Assembly (NCBI GenBank): GCA_963846575.1
Contig: CAWJWJ010000002.1
Coordinates: forward strand, 1,120,001 to 1,184,000
Direction: 5' to 3'
Length of the DNA: 64,000 bases
Origin: an uncultured Nitrospiraceae bacterium
Lineage (GTDB): Bacteria > Nitrospirota > Nitrospiria > Nitrospirales > Nitrospiraceae
The notes beneath the pieces are model-generated. The model saw only the letters and a list, made by a program, of their open reading frames with translations, was not told where the DNA came from and did no database searches. The translations under genes were made by a program, and so were the position numbers. Shown piece by piece: positions 57,942 through 64,000 of the stretch (positions are counted from its first letter, which is position 1; each line of letters begins with the position of its first letter).

Positions 57942-60364
57942 ATGGCAACAGGGACAGGGACTCCGCTCGTGAAATGGTTTGACGAACTCGGCATCGGGGA
58001 CGTGCCGCTGGTCGGGGGAAAAACGCGTCGCTGGGGGAAATGTACCGCGAGCTGGCCGGCCAGGGGGTCAAGGTCCCCAACGGGTTCGCCGTCACGGCGG
58101 AAGGGTACCGGCTCTTCCTGAGGGAGGCGGACCTCGGCGCGTCCATCCGGTCGATGCTCCGCGATCTGGACACGGGCGATCTCAATAATCTCCGGCAGCG
58201 CGGCAGGCAGGTGCGGCAGGCGATGATGGGTGCATCCTTCCCGACGGCGCTGGCCCACGCCATCACGGACGCCTACGACCGGCTGAGCGAAGGGCAGCCC
58301 GAGCCCCTGGATGTGGCGGTCCGCAGCAGCGCCACCGCCGAAGACCTGCCGGACGCGAGCTTTGCCGGACAGCAGGAGACCTATCTGAACGTGCGTGGGA
58401 CATCGCTCGCTGCTCGAGCATTGCAAGCGCTGTTTCGCCTCCTTGTTTACCGATCGGGCCATCTCCTACCGGACGGACAAGGGGTTCGACCATGTCAAGA
58501 TCGCGCTGTCGATCGGCGTCCAGCGGATGGTGCGGTCGGATCTGGCTGCTTCAGGCGTCATGTTCTCGATCGACACCGAGACAGGATTCCGCGAGGCCGT
58601 GTTGATCAACGCGGCCTACGGCCTCGGTGAAAACGTGGTTCAGGGAACCGTCAACCCCGATGAATATTACGTGTTCAAGCCGACGCTCAAACAGGGGTTC
58701 CGGCCCATCCTGCAGAAAATGCTCGGCACCAAGGAATTCAAGCTCGTCTATGACGTCGGCGGCGGCAAGATGGTCAAGAACCTGCCGGTGTCGCCGGAAG
58801 ACCGGTCGCGGTTCGCCGTGACGGACGACGAGATTCTGACCCTCGCCCGCTGGGCCTGCACCATTGAAGACCACTACAGCGCGAAGCGGGGAAGCCCGAG
58901 CCCGATGGACATGGAGTGGGCCAAGGACGGCCTGACCGGCGACCTGTTCATCGTCCAGGCCAGGCCTGAAACCGTTCAGTCCCGCAAGACGGGCGAGACG
59001 TTGGAAACCTATCACCTGCAGGAGCGGGGCCCGGTGCTGGTGACGGGCCGCAGCGTGGGCGAAAAGATCGCGGCAGGGGCCGGTCCGCGTGATCAAGCAG
59101 GTCCAACAGATTCACGAATTCAAGCCCGGCGAGGTGCTCGTGACCGACAAGACCGATCCCGACTGGGAACCCATCATGAAAAAGGCGCGCGCGATCGTCA
59201 CGAACCGCGGCGGCCGGACCTGCCATGCCGCCATCGTCAGCCGGGAACTGGGCCTGCCGGCCATCGTGGGCAGCGAGCGGGGCACGGATCTGCTCCATGA
59301 CGGGCAGGACGTGACCGTGTCCTGCGCCGAAGGCGATATCGGGTACGTCTATGAAGGGCAGCTCCCGTTTCACGTGGAGCGGCTGGATGTGAAAGGGTTC
59401 GGACGGCCGAAGACCAGGATCATGATGAATGTGGCGAGCCCCGAAGAGGCTTTCGGCTTGTCGTTTCTCCCCAACGACGGGGTCGGGCTCGCCAGGGAAG
59501 AGTTCATCATCAGTACGTACATCAAAGTGCATCCCATGGCGCTCGTCGATTTCGATCGGCTCGAGGATCCCTCCCTCAAGGCCGAGATCGAACGGATTAC
59601 CGCCGGCTACGTGGATAAGCCCGCACTTCTTCGTCGACAAGCTGGCCCAGGGGGTGGCGATGATCGCGGCCGCCTTCTACCCCAAGGACGTGATCGTGCG
59701 GCTCAGCGATTTCAAGACCAACGAATATGCGGACCTCGTGGGCGGGCGCCGCTACGAACCCGAGGAGGAAAATCCGATGCTCGGATTCCGCGGGGCCTCC
59801 CGCTATTACGACCCGCGCTACCGCGAGGGGTTCGCGTTGGAATGCCGGGCGATGGCCCGGGTCCGGGACGACATGGGGCTGACCAACGTGAAACTCATGA
59901 TGCCGTTCTGCCGCACGCTCGAGGAGGGGCGCCTGGTGCTGGCCGAGATGGCGCGCCACGGCCTGACGCGCGGGCACAACGGGCTCGAGGTCTATGTCAT
60001 GTGCGAGATCCCGAGCAACGTGATCCTCGCCGAGGAGTTTGCGGAGATCTTCGACGGGTTTTCCATCGGCTCGAATGACCTCACGCAGCTGGTCCTCGGG
60101 GTGGATCGCGATTCCGGGATCGTCGCGCACCTGTTCGACGAACGGAACGAGGCGGTGAAGACAATGCTGGCGGCGGTGATCCGGACGGTCAAAACGAAGG
60201 GGCGGAAGATCGGCATCTGCGGGCAGGCGCCGAGCGATTATCCCGAGTTCGCCCGTTTTCTCGTCGACCAGGGCATCGACAGCATCTCGTTGAACCCGGA
60301 CAGCGTCATCAAGACCGCCCTGGCGGTGCTGGAGCAGGAACGGAGCCGGGCGAGCCGGACATAA
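57942..60364 (+). pseudogene. ppsA: phosphoenolpyruvate synthase split by four single-base frameshifts (pseudogene or sequencing error)
   Basis: Five consecutive in-order fragments: [49 protein letters not shown]. Confidence 0.85.
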
Positions 60365-60385
60365 CGTCACAGGACCAGGAGGGGG

Positions 60386-62170
60386 ATGCCGGTTTTTCAC
60401 AACGTCTTTTATGAAATCGCGGCGCTCTTGTTGGTCGCCGCGGTCTGCGGCGCGCTGGCGTTCCGGCTGCGCCAACCGCTCATCGTCGCCTTCGTCGTCG
60501 TGGGGATTCTGGTGGGCCCGGCGGGACTCAACTGGGTCCACTCGGCGGACCAGGTCGATCTGCTGGCGAAGATGGGCATTGCGCTCCTGTTGTTCGTCGT
60601 GGGGCTGAGGCTCGACCTGCATCTGATCCGCAGCATGGGACGGGTGGCGCTGGCGACCGGCCTGGGGCAGGTGCTGTTTACGTCGCTGGTCGGATACGTC
60701 CTGGCACGGGGTCTGGGGCTTGAGCCGGTGTCCGCCCTCTACGTGGCGGTCGCGCTGACCTTCTCCAGCACCATCATCATCGTCAAGCTGCTGACCGATA
60801 AACGGGAGATCGATGCCCTGCATGGCCGGATCGCCGTCGGGGTCCTGATCGTGCAGGACATCGTCGTCGTGCTGATCATGATCGTCTTGTCCGCGTTCGG
60901 CGCCGGAGGCGAAGGCACCGGTCTGGCCACCGCGCTCGTGATCGTTGCGTTCAAAGGCGCGCTGTTTCTGCTGGGGGTCGGGTTCATGATGCGGGCGGTG
61001 TTCCCGGTGCTCCTGGCACGCCTGGCCCTCTCGCAGGAGCTGTTGGTGCTGTCTGCCGTGGCCTGGGGCATCTCGCTCGCCTCGCTGGGAGACGCGCTGG
61101 GGTTCAGCAAGGAACTGGGCGCCTTTGTCGCCGGCGTGTCGCTGGCGTCGTCTCCGTACCGCAACGCCATCGGCGCCCGGCTGGCCGGCCTGCGGGATTT
61201 TCTCCTGCTCTTTTTTTTCGTGACGCTCGGGGCGCAATTGGATCTCGGTCAGCTGGGAGTCCAGGCCGGTCCCGCCGCCGTGCTCTCGCTGTTCGTGCTT
61301 GTCGGCAATCCCCTGATCGTCATGGCCATCATGGGCGCGATGGGCTACCGGAAACGCACGGGATTCCTCACCGGCTTGACGGTCGCGCAGATCAGCGAGT
61401 TTTCCCTCATTCTCGGTTCCCTCGGGCTGACGCTGGGGCATATCGAGACGTCGGTCCTGGGCCTCATCACGTTGGTCGGGCTCACCACCATCGGCCTGTC
61501 GACCTACCTGATCCTCTATTCCCATCCCCTGTATGACCGGCTTGCGCCATACCTCGGCCTGTTCGAACGGCGCACCCCCCATCGAGAGGCGCAACTCGAT
61601 GGGGAATCCCTGTCCCCGAGGGTCGACGTCATCCTGGTGGGGGTGGGACGGTACGGGAGCCGGATCGCGAAGGGCTTACAGCGGCAGGAACTTGCCGTGG
61701 TAGGGGTGGATTTCGACCCGCAGGTGATGGGGCGCTGTCGCCGGGCTGGTATTGCCGCGCACTATGGCGACGCCGAAGATCCGCAATTGCCCGCCATGCT
61801 TCCCCTGGAGGGATGCCGATGGGTCCTGAGCACGATCGTGGCCCGGGAGGTGAATCGTGCCCTGCTGCAGGCGCTCCGCCACCACGGCTATCAGGGACGG
61901 GTGGCGGTCAGCGCCATGACGATCGAGGAGCGGGACGCGTTGGAACGGGCCGGAGCCGATCTCGTGCTGGTCCCCTATGCGGACGCGGCCGAACGGGCCG
62001 TCGAGGTGGTGTCGGCTTCGATGGGGCTGCCGTTCGGAGCCCGGGATCGCGGCGCAGGGGATCCGGACGAGATCGGCTCCCTCTCCAACGGGCCCTATAC
62101 GGCCCAACTCAGTATCTCATTCCCGCAGGCTGATGGCGGTAGCGCGCGGCCGCGGCAGGAGCGCGCATGA
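60386..62170 (+). CDS. CPA2 cation:proton antiporter with TrkA-N domain (Kef-like)
   Basis: FSSTIII, LIVQD, AQISEFS, GVGRYG, YGDAED. Confidence 0.9.
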   Translation: MPVFHNVFYEIAALLLVAAVCGALAFRLRQPLIVAFVVVGILVGPAGLNWVHSADQVDLLAKMGIALLLFVVGLRLDLHLIRSMGRVALATGLGQVLFTSLVGYVLARGLGLEPVSALYVAVALTFSSTIIIVKLLTDKREIDALHGRIAVGVLIVQDIVVVLIMIVLSAFGAGGEGTGLATALVIVAFKGALFLLGVGFMMRAVFPVLLARLALSQELLVLSAVAWGISLASLGDALGFSKELGAFVAGVSLASSPYRNAIGARLAGLRDFLLLFFFVTLGAQLDLGQLGVQAGPAAVLSLFVLVGNPLIVMAIMGAMGYRKRTGFLTGLTVAQISEFSLILGSLGLTLGHIETSVLGLITLVGLTTIGLSTYLILYSHPLYDRLAPYLGLFERRTPHREAQLDGESLSPRVDVILVGVGRYGSRIAKGLQRQELAVVGVDFDPQVMGRCRRAGIAAHYGDAEDPQLPAMLPLEGCRWVLSTIVAREVNRALLQALRHHGYQGRVAVSAMTIEERDALERAGADLVLVPYADAAERAVEVVSASMGLPFGARDRGAGDPDEIGSLSNGPYTAQLSISFPQADGGSARPRQERA

Positions 62171-63132
62171 AGAGACCGGGGCGAGATGCGGGCTCCATGT
62201 TGTTCACGACGGATTTCCTCAAGCCGGCCAGGCGGGCGTTTTCCTATGCGGTCATGCTGGCGAAGGCCTCGGGGGCCCGCCTGGTGATACTGCATGTCAT
62301 TGAAGGAGTCTCGGATGGGGGCGCTCCGGTTTCGTCCGGCAACCGCTATCTGCGACCGCTTCACACGGCGGCGATGCTGGAATTGGGCCGTCTCGTCCGA
62401 TTGGCGGAGGAAGCCGGGATCCCTGCCGAGCCTCGCTTGGAGATCGGAGATCCGGCGACCTCGGTCATCGAAACCATGGCTCACCTGAACGCACCACAGC
62501 TGATCGTGATGGGCACACAGGGACGAGCGGGCTGGGACCGGTTGAAACTCGGCAGTATGGCGGAGTCGGTGATCCGGAAGGCATCCTGTCCCGTGGTGAC
62601 GGTGCCGGGCATCGTGGCCGGTGATGCGCTGCGGAGTTCCAGGCACGTGCGGTGGTCCCGTCTGCTCCTTGCGACGGATTTTTCCGCTTGCGCGCACCAG
62701 GCCCTGCTGCATGCTGCCGCGTGGGCGCGGCGCTTCGAGAGCCGGATGCTGATTGTGCATGCCGTCGAGGCCTCGCGTCCGCGTTCGCACGGGGGACCGT
62801 GCGGGGCCGGCCGCTCAGCCGAACCGGCGGCTGGACTGGATCGAGCACGGCAGAGGTTGGACAGGCTGTTGTCGGAGCTGGAGGCTGAAGGCCTGACGGG
62901 TGAAGGGCGCTGCCTGGAAGGCCGGCCGATCGATATCATCCTGGAGCAGGCCGCCCGGTGGCAGGCCGATGCCATCGTCATCGGGACACAGGGGAGGCGG
63001 GGGCTCCGTCGTCTGATGCTGGGAAGTGTGGCCGAACAGGTAGTGAGACGAGCAGGCTGTCCGGTGGTGACCCTGAACCGGTCGGCCGCACAGCGTCTCA
63101 TGAGAAAGGATCGTGATGGTGAACGTGATTGA
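62167..63132 (+). CDS. tandem universal stress protein
   Basis: Two repeats of TDF...IV(M/I)GTQGR...LGS(M/V)AE...CPV. Confidence 0.92.
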   Translation: MKRPGRDAGSMLFTTDFLKPARRAFSYAVMLAKASGARLVILHVIEGVSDGGAPVSSGNRYLRPLHTAAMLELGRLVRLAEEAGIPAEPRLEIGDPATSVIETMAHLNAPQLIVMGTQGRAGWDRLKLGSMAESVIRKASCPVVTVPGIVAGDALRSSRHVRWSRLLLATDFSACAHQALLHAAAWARRFESRMLIVHAVEASRPRSHGGPCGAGRSAEPAAGLDRARQRLDRLLSELEAEGLTGEGRCLEGRPIDIILEQAARWQADAIVIGTQGRRGLRRLMLGSVAEQVVRRAGCPVVTLNRSAAQRLMRKDRDGERD

Positions 63133-64000
63133 ACCGATGTTGCATCATTTGCCGGCCCACGAAGTGCTGGTGCTGCTGGAGACCGATCTGGAGCGCGGCC
63201 TCACATCCGAGGAAGCCGCCAGGCGGCGGGTGAGGTTCGGCCCCAATGCGCTGCCGCAGTTCAAACGGCACGGGCCCTGGGTCCGGTTCCTGTTCCAGTT
63301 CCACCATCCGTTGATTTATGTCCTGCTGGCCGCGACCGCGACCACGGGACTGCTGGGAGAATGGGTCGACGCGGGGGTAATTTTCGGCGTGGTCCTGGTC
63401 AACGCGGTCGTCGGGTTCATCCAGGAGTCACGGGCCGAGAAGGCCCTCGACGCCCTCTCGTCGATGATGACCACCGTGGCCTTCGTGCGGCGAGACGGAG
63501 CCAAACACGCCATTGCCTCCGCGGAGATCGTGCCGGGCGATGTGGTGCTCCTGCAGTCGGGCGACAAGGTCCCGGCAGATCTGCGCCTCGCGGCGGTGCG
63601 CGAACTCCGGGTGGACGAGTCGGCGCTGACCGGCGAATCGGTGGCGGTGGAGAAGGAAGACCGCATCCTGGCCCCGGAGACCCTGGTCGCCGACCGCCGC
63701 AACATGGGCTTCTCCGGCACCTTCGTCACCTACGGGCAGGGCATCGGCGTGACGGTGGGGACGGGCGCCAACACGGAGCTGGGCCGCATCCATCAACTGG
63801 TTCACGAGACAACCACGATCGCCACGCCGCTGACCAGGAAACTGGCCCGGTTCAGCAAGGTGTTGACGGTGGCGATCATCGGCCTGGCGGCCGCGACCTT
63901 TGCGCTGGGGCTCTGGCGGGGCCAGGAGGCGGGGGCAGTGTTCATGGCGGCGGTGGCGCTCGCGGTCGGAGCCATCCCGGAGGGGCTGCCCGCGGTGGTG
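63116..64000 (+). CDS. P-type cation-transporting ATPase (type II), 3' end outside window
   Basis: Translated by hand from ATG 63116: GLTSEEA, FGPN, VPGD, PADLRL, DESALTGES, AIPEGLP. Confidence 0.92.
   Translation, partial: MVNVIEPMLHHLPAHEVLVLLETDLERGLTSEEAARRRVRFGPNALPQFKRHGPWVRFLFQFHHPLIYVLLAATATTGLLGEWVDAGVIFGVVLVNAVVGFIQESRAEKALDALSSMMTTVAFVRRDGAKHAIASAEIVPGDVVLLQSGDKVPADLRLAAVRELRVDESALTGESVAVEKEDRILAPETLVADRRNMGFSGTFVTYGQGIGVTVGTGANTELGRIHQLVHETTTIATPLTRKLARFSKVLTVAIIGLAAATFALGLWRGQEAGAVFMAAVALAVGAIPEGLPAVV

Noticed and set aside
57942..60364. Programmed frameshifting in ppsA
   Set aside because: Four shifts in mixed directions would make full-length product negligible; no stimulatory structures seen.
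59597..61594. 665-aa - strand ORF
   Set aside because: Antisense to ppsA and the antiporter; no recognisable domain.
1..64000. tRNA, rRNA, prophage or full IS element
   Set aside because: No cloverleaf or rRNA-like tract, and no phage or transposase ORF recognised by eye.

Overview
A GC-rich bacterial window whose small-protein families and gene content suggest a Nitrospira-like genome (inference, no database search). It has four blocks. (1) 1-16 kb is a patchwork: a GH15 tail, two lipoproteins, a radical-SAM + DUF4130-UdgX DNA-repair pair, peptidases, PssA, a SagB-like nitroreductase, three loci of a dispersed GATTGCAAG(A/T)CCTGACCCCAT motif and a ~180-bp MITE-like palindrome. (2) 16-22 kb is a CzcCBA-type RND metal efflux operon. 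(3) 22-48 kb is a general-stress/dormancy island (MalQ, KatE with a signal peptide, TreZ, hemerythrin, CBS, SDRs, RecQ, ROK kinase, DUF3175, DUF6335, several small disordered exported proteins). (4) 49-64 kb holds an OmpR-type two-component system, Rnk, a group 3b [NiFe] hydrogenase operon, a four-times frameshifted ppsA, a Kef-type antiporter, a USP and a partial P-type ATPase. The strongest hidden structure is a regulatory code in block 3: six intergenic tandem GACA-N3-TGTC sites with 18-19 bp period, each about 70-145 bp upstream of sigma-54-type GG-N10-GC promoters (seven found), implying a sigma-54/enhancer-driven stress regulon. Other highlights are a PanD paralogue that has lost all catalytic residues, an exported ATPase-less Lon protease domain and an inverted pair of 41-bp 11-bp-period boxes around the two-component system. 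No rRNA, tRNA or CRISPR array was seen.
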